DNA of 64,000 nt from Ruditapes philippinarum (lineage: Eukaryota). Positions 23,584-37,920 of this stretch are shown piece after piece; the stretch's first letter is position 1, and each line of letters begins with the position of its first letter. The position numbers and the translations under genes are program-made. The DNA lies in assembly GCF_026571515.1 (NCBI RefSeq), contig NW_026859403.1:1-64000 (forward strand). The letters are read 5' to 3'. A model generated the notes under the pieces. The model saw only the letters and a program-made list of their open reading frames with translations. It was not told the origin of the DNA and did no database searches.

Positions 23584-24109
23584 AGGTGAAACACTAAAAT
23601 TATTGATAAACTGAAATTCTTGATCTTTTAATAATAAGTAGTCTATTACACCCGATGCTAGACTATTAAAAATGTAAAAAAAACCCGTTATGACAATTTC
23701 CTAGTCTACCATTCGCAATCCGTAATGACGTACCTGTTGTGATAATTAAATTTGTTTAAAGACGGGTGGATATTATAAATGCAACACAGTTCATCTCTCT
23801 TAAACAGTTTTAAGAATTATTCATTACATTTATGGTCATACATTGTCATACATTTTCTAGCATAAAATGAGTTCAAATTTAATTTTGCATTTTACTATAA
23901 TATAAACCTGAAAAGGTCATAATATTTAGACAATCATACAAAATCTCATCAGGTATATGTTTATGTCTACATGGTAAAAATAGATATAAATGGTCAATAT
24001 TCACAAATAGAACAACTCTATTAAATGGTAATTTTATTGATATGGAGTTGATTAACGAATGTTATATTATTTATTATAGAGAAGTAAGATTTTTCATTTA
24101 CGGTTCCCT
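23584..24109. mobile_element. Possible Kolobok-type MITE
   Basis: Bounded by TTAA|AGG...CCT|TTAA, but the TIR match is short and imperfect. Confidence 0.3.
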
Positions 24110-24639
24110 TTAATCGGCCAGTTTATTGAACAATGCTATCCTTTGTTCTTTTGAGGGAAATTAAAATATCATTTGTTCACATAATATAATTATAGCTAGC
24201 GTTAAAGTGGTAAATGACTTTGATATTTCGCTGTAAATATTCTTCTGGGCCCTGTTCTACATATGATCTATTACTTATCTAAACTAGACTAAATTTATAA
24301 AAAAGATGTAATGCTCTATAGGACTACTGGTGTTTTGTGTGAAAAGTCCGATAGACACATTAAAAAGGGAATCAAGGCTGAATTCCATATCATTGTTTTC
24401 ATTGTTCACGAGATATCTTCATATTTAAAGTCAAATTGATAAATCAAGACATAAAATATATTGATATTGTTAGACTTTCAGCTTAATGTATAAATCTAAT
24501 GAGTATCTTATAATAGTCAGCAGCACAGACAAAAACAAATCAAAGGAAAATACATATTGTACAAGAATACAGAATTGTGTTAACAATCAATGAAGTTTAA
24601 TTATTTTTATATAAATGAATAATTTACAAATAAATTTTG

Positions 24640-25340
24640 AGATGATAATCTGAGTTTAGTAAATCCTAATCCTAAATTTCTAACAGTCAACGATGTTTAT
24701 GTAAAATATATGAAGTCGTTGGCCGGGCTCTTATTAAGTAAAAACAGTTAAGTTTTTCTGAGCTAAAATTCATGTTTGTATTCAAATACAAAGAAAACCA
24801 AGAATGTCAATTTTACATCATATACAGAACACCTTATGTACGATATTTTATAAATTTATTCCCAAAAATAAAGCTCATGATTTACTCAGTAACCTCAACA
24901 GTAACAAATGTAATTTTAATAGAATGTAGTGGATCATCTAACATATGCATCGAACAGGTTGAAAATAATATCAATGGGAACTAGCTTCCATCTAGTTACA
25001 TTAAATCGTGGGCTCATAGCCCGTAGTGCTTTACCTATTAGTGTTTTGTCGCTGGTTTGAAGGCATGCATAAGTCATTGACGTTTTTCACAACTACAATT
25101 GTTGATCCCCTGTATCGCATGTGCATTAGTAACTTATATTTTTATAAACACAACACTATGAGTGTTATCAATATTTATGATCAGGTGCCATGTACTATAT
25201 TTTTAAACAGTTTTAAGAATTTCGTAAACCTTGAGCAGACTCCGAACAGATAACGGCATCATCTGCAAATAATACAAAAAAATCAATTTTGATCTTTTAT
25301 TAAAATACCATTCACTTATTTTGCAATAAATTTTCTTACA
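24640..25340 (-). pseudogene. Decayed LINE RT fragment
   Basis: Translates as FVLFADDAVICSESAQGLR at ~25225-25280. Boundaries are approximate. Confidence 0.7.
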
Positions 25341-26649
25341 AATTCACTAACAGACTGAAGTTATCTCTCCTTGAAAGAGACTAACTTCGCTACTGAAATG
25401 AATCTGATAACTCTTTTTTATTTCATGAGGATCAAAAATATATTAAAAAATACACATATATTTAAATAACAACAAATAAGTACATGTAAAACTAACAATC
25501 GTTGTTTCAATTATAATTCTTCTAATTCCCCTTTATGAATGATATAGTTTGACAGTCATACAAACCATCTCATTCTGCAAGTGCAGGAAATTGTTTTATT
25601 ATTTAAAATATTAATTAGCAAATATGTTTTTCTTTTAAATTTAATGTCGAATTCTTTTTGCTACTTTATTTTTGTATCCGTCTTAATATTTGTAATTGCT
25701 CATGTGTATAGTGTTCAAACATATTTTCGTTTCTATATCTTATAATGCTAATGTTGCTAGAACTTGATGTTCAACCCTTTTCCCCTTTGTTAAATTTTTT
25801 TATTTTGTGGAAAGAATGTTCTTAAATTGTATTCAAAGAGCAATAAAATATTATTAAACTAAAGAATCTGACAACACACTGTCATGTTTACATACAATTT
25901 AACATTGAATATATTTCAGAAAACAATATATCATCAATACCCCCTGTTATCAATTTATACCATAGTTAATTCGCAAATCATATTGATCGATAAAACAGCA
26001 CAACAATCTTCTTCGTGTCATTTATAAACTTTTGCAATCAATGAATGTAATATTAAATTAGCATCTTCATTACTATAATCTATTCAAAACCCAGACTGTC
26101 ATTTTGTCAGTTTCCTTAGACCGACCATTTGAATAACTATTAGTAAGCATTACAGATTGTTATTGAACTACCCCTATATAGATTCGGATATGTGGAATCG
26201 TCCTTTTTATTTTAAGTGATGATAATAACAGGTTAACGTTCATTTATTTCTCTTCATAATTGTCGAAAAGTAACTTATAATAATAATAATAAAAGATAAT
26301 AGTATATTGGATGACTTACAAGATGTTTTAAGATTTAGATAATAGCTTTAGGCATAACATTATTATTATTATTATCTTTATTTCCTCCATAACTGAAGAG
26401 CATTTACATAATATGTATTACAGTTCGTACAAAGGGTCATATGTACAGTAAATATAAATACAAGATTTTTATGTATAATATAAATTAGTAAAGAAAAGGC
26501 ATATTTATAATATGTACAACCATTTATATATTTACTCATACTAAAAGATAACTAATACAATTAATCTGTGATATCTATTAACAAATGCCAATTGAGTGAA
26601 AATATTATAAAAAAAATAATAAAAAAATAAGCTACTTAGTTGTATAGAT

Positions 26650-27045
26650 ATCAGGTTCATATGTATACATCAAAAGCATCTGACATGAGCTTGTTTAGTA
26701 ATAGAAAGAGCACCGAAACACGAGGTTATCTGATTTGTACGAGGGGGCGTAGCCCCCCGAGTATTAATCAGATTACCGAGTGTTTTGGTGTTCTTTCTCT
26801 TTTGTATCATAATCAAACATAAAAACACGTTCCCTGCTGTTACAATATGAAACCCCGGCAAAAATGAACCAATGAACGAGCATCTAAATATGACATTTCT
26901 GTCGATTTCACTTTCACTGCCGTCACAATATGTAAACCCCAGCAAAAAAGAGCCAATCAATGGGCATGCTCTGGAGTGCGGGTAACTAATACCTGCACTC
27001 CAGTTAACGCACTGTGCATGTATATGTATACGATTTAACCCTGAC
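26650..27045. mobile_element. Palindrome-containing non-autonomous element (Crypton-like, tentative)
   Basis: Imperfect 96-bp palindrome at 26703-26798 centred on GGGGC-GTA-GCCCC. Weak terminal inverted match (tcagg..tt..gtatacat) and an internal ~46-bp direct repeat. Confidence 0.45.
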
Positions 27046-27308
27046 ACATTTTCAACAGAAAGGTCTCCAAACTATGATACAAGTGAAACAAAATCGCTTA
27101 AGTGAAGGCAGAGGTAAAATCCAAATCATTTAGGTAATTTAAAGTTACAATAATTTCAATTTTGAGGAAAGACGATGAATAATTTTGGGAAAAAAAAGCT
27201 TTATGATATTTAAATGATTGCCAAAAACACATTAAGTAATTAGCCTTAACCGAAACGAAATTATCAAGGCGATTAAGATGTGTTTAAGCTGGGCCAGTTG
27301 TTATTGTT

Positions 27309-27368
27309 TTATATATGAATAAGGGCACTTACGCAAACTTATATATGAATAAGGACACTTACGCAAAC
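27309..27368. repeat. 30-bp tandem duplication (also present in copy 2 near 30005-30064)
   Basis: ttatatatgaataaggRcacttacgcaaac x2. Confidence 0.9.
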
Positions 27369-30351
27369 TATAAATTATTGACTATCTATAATCTACTTTG
27401 TCTATGATTTAAATTAAGCAATAGTGAAAAAAAGGAATTCTTAATGAAAACAACACTTGTATGTTAACCTTAAACCGAAAACGAAACATTAAGGTGTGTA
27501 GGTTGTGTTGTGAACAAAGAGTAATGATACCACAAAAATGTACATTTATAATAGGAAAATTCATAAAACAAACATGAATAATTAAAAATATATAACATTC
27601 AGTATTAAATCTTTATGTACACGTTCATAACTCGATATAACTTAACGCAATGAAGTTATTCGCCATCTGCTAATATCACAGTAGTCATGTTATAGACACT
27701 TACTAGGAACACCTTAAAACATGATACTCTCAGGCTATCGTTCATGTCAAAAGAATCAAAACCACTAAACATTTCAAAAAGTTGTGATTCTGGTGAAAGG
27801 GTACAAAACATTTCGAATTGTTGTATGATGTATATCTGATACTCAGAAGAAAACAAGGTGTAACACAATATATTCAGTGGGTAATTCACATTTATTACAC
27901 GTTACTTCATAGCTTCTTGAGAAAAATTTAGAAAGAAGTCTGAATGCATAGACACATTGAAATTTGCGACTGAATCTCCATAACATACAAGGTTCATACT
28001 TTGTGTGCAAGCGGGAGAAACTAGATAGACTGGCATCGCATAATAGTCTATTGCGCCATTCAAATTCAACAGTTTTGTGAATGGCTGATTTGATCGTGCA
28101 ATAATTGCTTCAATTGTTTTCAATTTTCGATACAGATACTCACTGTATATTAGTCTGTTCAAATAAAATCCCTGGGGTCCAAATTGACCTCGCCCGGGGG
28201 GTCATTGTTTTCCCCTATATGTGTGTAGTAAAAACTTTCTTGTAAAAACCCCAAAGAACTAGAGCGTAGATATTTATTATGAAACATTTTCTAATGGGTG
28301 TCTACCAAGTTTGTTCAAATAAAAGCCCCTGGGTTAAAATTGGCCCCGCCCCGGGGGCTTATATCCAGGAGAGCGATCTCAGGGCCATCATGGCCCTCTT
28401 GTTTTCTTTGTATGCGTAGCAGGGATTGCTTTTTTTTAGAGGCGTTTCATTATTTTCTGTAAATGCAGCCTTTTTTCTGAGACTTGTCTCTCTCAAGAAC
28501 GCTTTGTATACAATTGTAACAACCCGCAGTTCTCGCTTTTTTAAAATAGTATATGACTGTGTTTGTATACTGTTTTATTTTCAATTAGTCACAAGTAGTC
28601 ACTCTTTTCATATGAAGAGTATTTATCAACAATCATGCCATTAATTCTATATACATGTACATAAATGTTAGCCGGGTCGATAGTCGGTAAAGGCTAGATG
28701 TACAGTAAATGCTCACATGAAGATGGTGTCACATTTTGTTTTGAAACTGCATTGTATTACAACGTAATTCTTAGACCAGTCTCTCTAATGTACGCTTCTT
28801 ACACAATTATAACAACCCGCAGTTAACAGGAAACAATTAGCTGAAATCTTGTGAATATTTCATTTCACTGCAGACAGTTCTGAACTGACGCATAATCAAG
28901 TTAATGAATGCATACTTATTATAATGACTTTTTTTGTTTTACGTATTTCGTATTTCCACATCAGTATTTACGGTTTATTCACATTTTGATGTATGATTTA
29001 TATAAATTTCATATCGATAATTGTGAAATTTGATATCAAGAATGAGGAAACATTTATGACGTTTTTATTTACCATAAACCATTTTAATGAGGTAAAATGT
29101 TAAACGAATATCATTACTATTTTTCGTACGAAATAAATGCTTATTGCGTGCTTGGTAAAATCATATGAAACATAATTTATAATACTAGATGCACTTTAGG
29201 ATAGTATTTTTCATTAAAACAGAAGCCTGATGCATTCGTTCTAAAACAAACATGTACAATATTGGGCAATAATGATGGAAAAGTGTGTATGTTTTTGTAT
29301 TATTGCGGATGAAGTCATACTGACATGTTAGAGATCATATGGGAACTTCCACCTTTATAGTTATTAAATCCAGTGATTGCACATGTAAGTTTTGGCTTCA
29401 GGGAATAAAGGTGTTGATATGTTCTCACAACATAATTTCCTTGTTACGACAAGTTTTGTATTTCACACCTTCAGTTGATAAATTGCTGTAAATACCCGAT
29501 AATTACCAAACAATCGATGTTTTTTGATGCAATATTAACCAAACAATAACAAACAAATAGCAAAAGAATACAAATGGTAAGCATTTATAGTCTAAATACA
29601 TGTACATTGTTCAATAAAATGCCCCGAATGAAATTACCGCTGCCGTAAAATACCGACTACACCTGTGATTAGTGACAGATACATTTGTATTGCTTTTTCA
29701 CGGCAAATGTGCCCACCCAAACAAGTCAGAAAGTTGCTGCTACTTCGCTTTTAACGCACTTCGGATAAAACGAACGATATTCAAATGTCCCATTAAGTGA
29801 AGGCAGAGGTAAAATCCAAATCATTTAGGTAATTTAAAGTTACAATAAGTTCAATTTTGAGGAAAGACGATGAATAATTTTGGGGAAAAAAAAGCTTTAT
29901 GATATTTAAATGATTGCCAAAAACACATTAAGTAATTAGCCTTAACCGAAACGCAATTATCAAGGCGATTAAAGTGTGTTTAAGCTGGGCCAGCTGTTGT
30001 TGTTTTATATATGAATAAGGGCACTTACGCAAACTTATATATGAATAAGGACACTTACGCAAACTATAAATTATTGACTATCTATAATCTACTTTGTCTA
30101 TGATTTAAATTAAGCAATAGTGAAAAAAAGGAATTCTTAATGAAAACAACACTTGTATGTTAACCTTAAACCGAAAACGAAACATTAAGGTGTGAAGGTT
30201 GTGTTGTGAACAAAGAGTAATGATACCACAAAAATGTACATTTATAATAGGAAAATTCATAAAACAAACATGAATAATTAAAAATATATAACATTCAGTA
30301 TTAAATCTTTATGTACACGTTCATAACTCGATATAACTTAACGCAATGAAG

Positions 30352-30909
30352 TTATTCGCCATCTGCTAATATCACAGTAGTCATGTTATAGACACTTACT
30401 AGGAACACCTTAAAACATGATACTCTCAGGCTATCGTTCATGTCAAAAGAATCAAAACCACTAAACATTTCAAAAAGTTGTGATTCTGGTGAAAGGGTAC
30501 AAAACATTTCGAATTGTTGTATGATGTATATCTGATACTCAGAAGAAAACAAGGTGTAACACAATATATTCAGTGGGTAATTCACATTTATTACACGTTA
30601 CTTCATAGCTTCTTGAGAAAAATTTAGAAAGAAGTCTGAATGCATAGACACATTGAAATTTGCGACTGAATCTCCATAACATACAAGGTTCATACTTTGT
30701 GTGCAAACGGGAGAAACTAGATAGACTGGCATCGCATAATAGTCTATTGCGCCATTCAAATTCAACAGTTTTGTGAATGGCTGATTTGATCGTGCAATAA
30801 TTGCTTCAATTGTTTTCAATTTTCGATACAGATACTCACTGTATATTCCTGTAGTGACTGTCAATATTGTAATTATTATACATTCAAAACTGAAATCCAT
30901 TAGGGGCAT
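30352..30909 (-). pseudogene. Possible decayed secreted-protein gene (two ORFs in one frame split by a single TAA)
   Basis: ATG at 30909 with a hydrophobic N-terminus (CIIITILTVTTG). ORF 30352-30585 continues in the same frame 12 nt after the stop. Loose resemblance to PAN/C-type-lectin-like molluscan proteins (LNILCYTLF). Confidence 0.25.
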
Positions 30910-31793
30910 ATTTTACTTTATCGCAATTCAACAGACTGTAGACGACCGTGGTTTTACTTGTTGTGAAAACACAAATTTTGTGTGTCTTGCCATGCCTGTC
31001 AAGCAATTACACAAGAGGCCAGAGTTGGTCTATATCGCTTACCTAAAAAATTGAAAAAGGAAATAAAAAGATCACGAAAATGCAGAAACATTTCACCTTA
31101 TAACTATTATTTACAAAACATTTGTAGTGGACTTCTCTACATAATATCCATAGCTATTTGTATGCACCTAATAACATTGAAATTCATTTTGTAAGTGTTG
31201 AAAGTGAAAACATGTTCACAGAACTTGAAAAGTGTAACAAAGCTTTTGTTGTAATGTAGTGAGTCCTTAGACTAGGATTAAAAACAAAATATATGTAAAT
31301 AGAAAAAAATCAGCTTCAATTATTTAAACAATTATGTGCCGTGGTTAGTAAAATGTCTGATATAAATTAAATCTTTACAAAAACATAGTTGTAAAGGGTA
31401 CCGTTGAAGGTCGATAAACACAGCATAATAAGTTTTTAAATATCTTCAATTTAAGAAATGCAAGTTAAGTGGATGATAAGTATGAACTTTACATTTGTAC
31501 CTATGTAATTTTAAAGAAGCAAAATAACAATTGTATTCCCTGTGCAATAATATTAGGGGGTGGGGGCGGGGGGCATAGTGCACTTACGATGCCGTCCAAA
31601 ACGCGTAAAAAACAGTTTTCTGGTCTAAAATAATATATTTGTATAATCATTTTTGGTAGTAGTTTATATCAAAACATGTTAAACAGCGTAAAACCCTCAA
31701 AGGGATCATTATTCATAACAGAATTTCTGAAATGCAAATTGAGCATTCTTGATGTCTACTATAAACGAGGAAAACGATATCATTTCTCGGTGC

Positions 31794-31868
31794 AATCATG
31801 TAAGCCTCAATTACAGGTAATCATGTGAGCGTTAGTTACAGGTAATCCTGTAAGCGTCAATTACAGGT
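31794..31868. repeat. 25-bp minisatellite x3
   Basis: aatcatgtaagcctcaattacaggt-type unit at 31794, 31819 and 31844. Confidence 0.9.
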
Positions 31869-32002
31869 CACTTCAGTCATAGTAAGTGGATAATCATGCA
31901 ACAACAGGACAACAGTTTGAGTTATTAAAAAATTTAAAATGAAGCGTTAATATCAAAAACGGGAAATCTAAGATTGCGCCTAGTTATGTGATTTACTACA
32001 TG

Positions 32003-33061
32003 TTTTTAGCTCACCTGTCACAAAGTGACATGGTGTGCTTTTGTGATTGCTTTTCGTCCGGCGTCCGTCCGTCGTCCGTCCGTAAACTTTTACTTTAAAC
32101 GACATCTCCACAAAAACCGCGAAACCAATTTAATCCAAATTTCACAGGAATGTTTCTTGTGTAGTTAACTTTAAAAATGTTCAAAGAATTTAATTCCATG
32201 CAGAACCCTGGTTGCCATGGCAACCGAAAGAAAAAAACTAAAAATATCTTCTTTTAAAAAACTGAAAGAGCTAGAGCTAAGATATTTGGCATGAAACATC
32301 ATCTAGTCCGTGTCTTACAATTTTGTTCAAATAAAAGCCCTGGGGTCAAAATTGGCCCCGCGCCGGGGGTCATTGATTTTCCTTTTTTGTATATAGTAAA
32401 AACTTAAAAAATCTTCTTTTAAAAAACCAAAATAGCTAGAGCTTTGATATATAGCATGAAACATCTTCTAGTGTGTGTCAACCAAGTTTGTTTAAATAAA
32501 AGTCTTTGGATCAAAATTGGCCCTGCCCCAAGCGTCATTGTTTTTCCCTTGATGTATATAGTAAACACTTAAAAAATCTTCTTTTATCCTAAGAGCTAGA
32601 GCTAAGATATTTAGGATGAAATTAGATTCTAATAATTGTCTAACAAATTTGTTCAAATAACGGCCCTGGGGTTTAATTGGCTACGCCCCGGGGTCATTGA
32701 TTTTCCTTATATGTGTATAGTAAAAACTTAAATAATTTTCTTTAAAAAAACTCCAAAGAGCTAGAGTTAAGATACTTAGCATGAAATATCTTCTAGTGAG
32801 TGTCTACCAAGTCTGTTCAAATAAAATCCCTGGGGTCCAAATTGACCTCGCCCGGGGGGTCATTGTTTTCCCCTATATGTGTGTAGTAAAAACTTTCTTG
32901 TAAAAACCCCAAAGAACTAGAGCGTAGATATTTATTATGAAACATTTTCTAATGGGTGTCTACCAAGTTTGTTCAAATAAAAGCCCCTGGGTTAAAATTG
33001 GCCCCGCCCCGGGGGCTTATATCCAGGAGAGCGATCTCAGGGCCATCATGGCCCTCTTGTT
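32003..33061 (+). mobile_element. Complete non-autonomous Helentron-type element with ~160-166 bp tandem units
   Basis: 5' TTTTTAGCTCACCTG plus hairpin and (GTCC)n, ~5 units, and 3' CAGGAGAGCG...AGGGCCATCATGGCCCT-CTTGTT. Units resemble those at 11601-12100. Its last ~250 bp are duplicated at 28152-28403. Confidence 0.92.
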
Positions 33062-34953
33062 TTCTTTGTATGCGTAGCAGGGATTGCTTTTTTTTAGAGG
33101 CGTTTCATTATTTTCTGTAAATGCAGCCTTTTTCTGAGACTTGTCTCTCTCAAGAACGCTTTGTATACAATTGTAACAACCCGCAGTTCTCGCTTTTTTA
33201 AAATAGTATATGACTGTGTTTGTATACTGTTTTATTTTCAATTAGTCACAAGTAGTCACTCTTTTCATATGAAGAGTATTTATCAACAATCATGCCATTA
33301 ATTCTATATACATGTACATAAATGTTAGCCGGGTCGATAGTCGGTAAAGGCTAGATGTACAGTAAATGCTCACATGAAGATGGTGTCACATTTTGTTTTG
33401 AAACTGCATTGTATTACAACGTAATTCTTAGACCAGTCTCTCTAATGTACGCTTCTTACACAATTATAACAACCCGCAGTTAACAGGAAACAATTAGCTG
33501 AAATCTTGTGAATATTTCATTTCACTGCAGACAGTTCTGAACTGACGCATAATCAAGTTAATGAATGCATACTTATTATAATGACTTTTTTGTTTTACGT
33601 ATTTCGTATTTCCACATCAGTATTTACGGTTTATTCACATTTTGATGTATGATTTATATAAATTTCATATCGATAATTGTGAAATTTGATATCAAGAATG
33701 AGGAAACATTTATGACGTTTTTATTTACCATAAACCATTTTAATGAGGTAAAATGTTAAACGAATATCATTACTATTTTTCGTACGAAATAAATGCTTAT
33801 TGCGTGCTTGGTAAAATCATATGAAACATAATTTATAATACTAGATGCACTTTAGGATAGTATTTTTCATTAAAACAGAAGCCTGATGCATTCGTTCTAA
33901 AACAAACATGTACAATATTGGGCAATAATGATGGAAAAGTGTGTATGTTTTTGTATTATTGCGGATGAAGTCATACTGACATGTTAGAGATCATATGGGA
34001 ACTTCCACCTTTATAGTTATTAAATCCAGTGATTGCACATGTAAGTTTTGGCTTCAGGGAATAAAGGTGTTGATATGTTCTCACAACATAATTTCCTTGT
34101 TACGACAAGTTTGTATTTCACACCTTCAGTTGATAAATTGCTGTAAATACCCGATAATTACCAAACAATCGATGTTTTTTGATGCAATATTAACCAAACA
34201 ATAACAAACAAATAGCAAAAGAATACAAATGGTAAGCATTTATAGTCTAAATACATGTACATTGTTCAATAAAATGCCCCGAATGAAATTACCGCTGCCG
34301 TAAAATACCGACTACACCTGTGATTAGTGACAGATACATTTGTATTGCTTTTTCACGGCAAATGTGCCCACCCAAACAAGTCAGAAAGTTGCTGCTACTT
34401 CGCTTTTAACGAACTTCGGATAAAACGAACGATATTCAAATGTCCCATTGAGTGTCGACTGTATTTAAAAATCGGGATTCAAATGCGTTTTTTCTTGAAT
34501 TTTCAACATTGCATAAGGCAGTTAGAAATGTTTCAATGATTTTACATGTCTTGAATAAAAGCAAAAACGACTGAAATATTTTCAATTAATATTGTGTTTT
34601 CATTTCTCTTCTCCATGATGCTAATATATCAATGTTATTTGGCAAAAGAAGAAAGTATTAAAAACTTTTTGTTATACACTCATCGCGTGGGTGCTGTCCC
34701 ATTATTTTAGGATAAATATAATATTTAAATTAGATTTAGACCCGAAAACTTAAATTGCCAAGTTAGTAAATCAGTGCTTGCATCGAATATATCAAACACG
34801 TTTCAGGCGGAGGTAGTCATCAATGTTAGACCATGAACTGATGGATTCTAAGAAATCTAAGCATATGTTAACGTAAACGCTCATGTATAGTACTTTTCAC
34901 ATTCCCTGACGTTCAATAACGTCCGATGATGGCTTGATAATTTTCATTTCCAG

Positions 34954-35392
34954 GCCCAGTGTTCACTAAGAAAAGATCAGGATCAAGTGATCCTGATTTA
35001 ATTTCCTTGTTTTATGTTATTAAAATTAATCGTGTTTTGCTTGAATTAAATCGTAAATATTCAAAATGTAAAAAAAATGCTGATTTGCAAAGAAACCAAT
35101 CAATTTTGGGATGAAATCAAGAAATAGCAAAGCAAATACAAATTTTTTCGGATCAAAAGAAAGATCAATTTTAGGATCAGGATCATTATTTGGATCAACT
35201 GTAAAATGCCTGTTTCTTGCAAAAATAACAATGAATTTATTCTAAAATTTCAAAAACTTGCTATTGCAAGTCTAGTTTTATCAAATAGATATTAGATATT
35301 TAATCTATGAGGATAAATAATAAAGAATATAAGAGTTTTTAAGTTTGGTCCTGATCTTGATCCTGATCCTTAAATCTTTGTGAACACGGGAC
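34954..35392. mobile_element. PIF/Harbinger-like MITE
   Basis: TIRs GCCCAGTGTTCAC / GTGAACACGGGAC with subterminal GATCAGGATC repeats in inverted orientation. 3-bp TSD CAG at 34951-34953 and 35393-35395. Confidence 0.7.
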
Positions 35393-37576
35393 CAGAAGAA
35401 CCTCATACTTCATGTAGTATCATGAATAAATGTCCTTAAATAATGTACCAGACTTTTGCCGGTAACTTTGACCAGATCATCTACATAATTTGATACCGTA
35501 AAGCGGCAACCATTCTCAAAATTAACAAAAGATATATCGTGTATGTTCACAATTTAAGCTCCCTGGAAAAGAAAAATGTCAGCGTTACATATAGGAGGTC
35601 GCATGTTATGAAAGGGCGTAAAATTGGCTTCGTCTTGTAAAAAGTAAGCTAAGATACAAGAGCATAATGTGCAAACCTGTGAATACCAATAAAACCACCT
35701 TAGGACCATTATTTTGAAAAAAAAAAACAACATAATCAACGTTGTATTGGTATTCCATTACCCGTGCAAAAAACACTGTTTTTTTTCAGCGGTTATACCC
35801 CTCGTTGCATAACACCCAATATTTCATATGTATACCCTTCAACAAAGAGGTGCAAGTGTTGTTTTTTCATACACTCGAATAACCTCCTTAAAAATATCAA
35901 AGTTATACAATTTTTTACATTTCAATTTCGATTCGTAAGATTGTTGGCGAAATGCCAGTCAGAAAAGAACAAGATATCTTCAATTTACCAAATGCAAAAC
36001 AAGGCAGGATTCACCCTTTTTTCTTCTTGTTTATAATTGTTTATCTTAGGAAATACAGGTTATTTTGCAAAAATATTGATAAAAGCTCAATGATTCCGTT
36101 GCATATTAAGAGACAAAAAAAGTGCAGGAAATAATTTATTTCAACACATTTCAACGGCATTATCTTTGATAAAAAAGAATCTTAGATAATTAGCCATCGT
36201 GTACACACCGATGAAAAAAATTGTTTTAGGTTTCAAAATGCAATAAATCGTAATAAAAATCCATTTTACATCACAATAAACATTGTAGTAAGAGAGATAT
36301 TTTAATTAGTTTTCAAAAATTAAAAGTCTTGGATCCGAGACAGATTTCTTTGCAATGATCGGGCCATAGGATAAATCAATATCTGTAATGACTTGTTCCC
36401 TACTTCATACATTAAAATATTTCAAGTGTTTTCATCTCAACACAAAAATATGAACGTATACACAATATTTTTAAAATGCGTAAGAAAGGAGTCATGATAT
36501 TTAAAACAATGGAATTTTGATATATTTTTTTGTTTGAACATTTGCGTACTTTATAATCTAATAGACGTTTTGCATAAAATTTGAGTTGATTTAAATACTA
36601 TACATACTGCTTGAATTTATTGCACCTCCATTGTAAATAACATATTAAATGATTATGCTGAGATATGATTATAATAACATTAAATTTTAAATAAAATAAT
36701 AGGGAATGCTTTTCTAGAGCATATGTAACACTATTTTCGTTTATTTAGAGGCGGGGATGTGTGTGTTTGTGTGAGTACCCAGCTTGATCGGGTTTATTAA
36801 AATCTTGTTCACTTGTCCAATAACAGTATGGGTTAATAAGTAACATTCTGTCGCCTTTAAATAAAATGTTTACGCCTTCTTAATACATTTATATACATTT
36901 CCCTGACCCGTTTTACACCATTTTTAAGTGTTATTAATTATACGAGCATTAATGTTCTAAAACAATCACAAGAACAACATAAATTACTGCAACTGCTACC
37001 ATAGTTTTATTTTGATAATGTTTGTATTTCCAATAGAAACTACATGCCAGATACCAAAAAACTGAATAACGGCTTTTCTTGCAATAATTGACGTATGGTT
37101 GGGAATTATGCACAAATGATCGGAAACTGAGAGGTACACGATAGTCTGATAACGTAATAGAATAACACATTGGCTACATTTTTTTCTGTAAAGAATTTAA
37201 TTCACCTGATACTTAATGATAAAGTTGTTTGCAAAAAAACTGCATATCAGATTACTTATAATGCAAACAGGCGTCTACAAGTAGAACAACAACCTTATTT
37301 CTGTTTTTCTTTCATGTCAGTTTAGGTAATATCAGTACACTACTGTCTGAAATGGAGATGTTTTTTAGACATAATCTTCAAAATCTGGAATCCGAAATCT
37401 AAAAAAAAAAGCTTTTAATAAACCTCTATCAAATGTTTCCTACTTTGTCTTCTAATACTTTGCCTGTAGTTCAAACTATAAAGTAATAAATCAACGGCAC
37501 GGGGGTAGGTAAATTTCGAAATTAGAATTACGAAATCATAATCTGGTTATAAGACTTATTTACGTGTGTGGATACA

Positions 37577-37640
37577 AGCACGCGCGCGCGTGCACGCATG
37601 TATGTGGAGCTATGTGAGTGCCAGCGTGCGTGCGTGCGTT
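37577..37640. repeat. Alternating purine-pyrimidine microsatellite ((GC)n/(GCGT)n)
   Basis: gcacgcgcgcgcgtgcacgc...gcgtgcgtgcgtgcgt. Confidence 0.8.
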
Positions 37641-37914
37641 ATGGAAAGTTTATTTTCCATGAAAATATTTCGAGCAAATTTATTTTTTGGTTTTCATATC
37701 ATGTAAACAACGCTATTGAAAAAGGATAAAAAGAAAGTAATTAAATATAATTTTTTAATGTTCCGGTATATTTTACATGCTTAAACTTTATTCAGAGATC
37801 TCTTTAGCTCAGATCCGACATTCACATGAGTTTGCTGCGCACTATCAAGATAGAACGGGCATACAAATTATTACTGGAAGTTATAGAGCAACGTTTTTAG
37901 AAATTCAATTAATT

Positions 37915-37920
37915 TTTATT
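37915..37920 (-). promoter_or_regulatory. Candidate polyadenylation signal (AATAAA) of the GPCR
   Basis: AATAAA on the minus strand ~180 nt past the stop codon, with another at 37787-37792. The hexamer is common by chance in AT-rich DNA. Confidence 0.25.

Larger units (their letters stand above)
27098..34449. repeat. Recent tandem segmental duplication: copy 1 (27098-29792) is copy 2 (29793-34449) minus 30848-32809
   Basis: 27098-28151 matches 29793-30847, and 28152-29794 matches 32810-34449. Only scattered substitutions and 1-bp indels seen. Confidence 0.95.
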
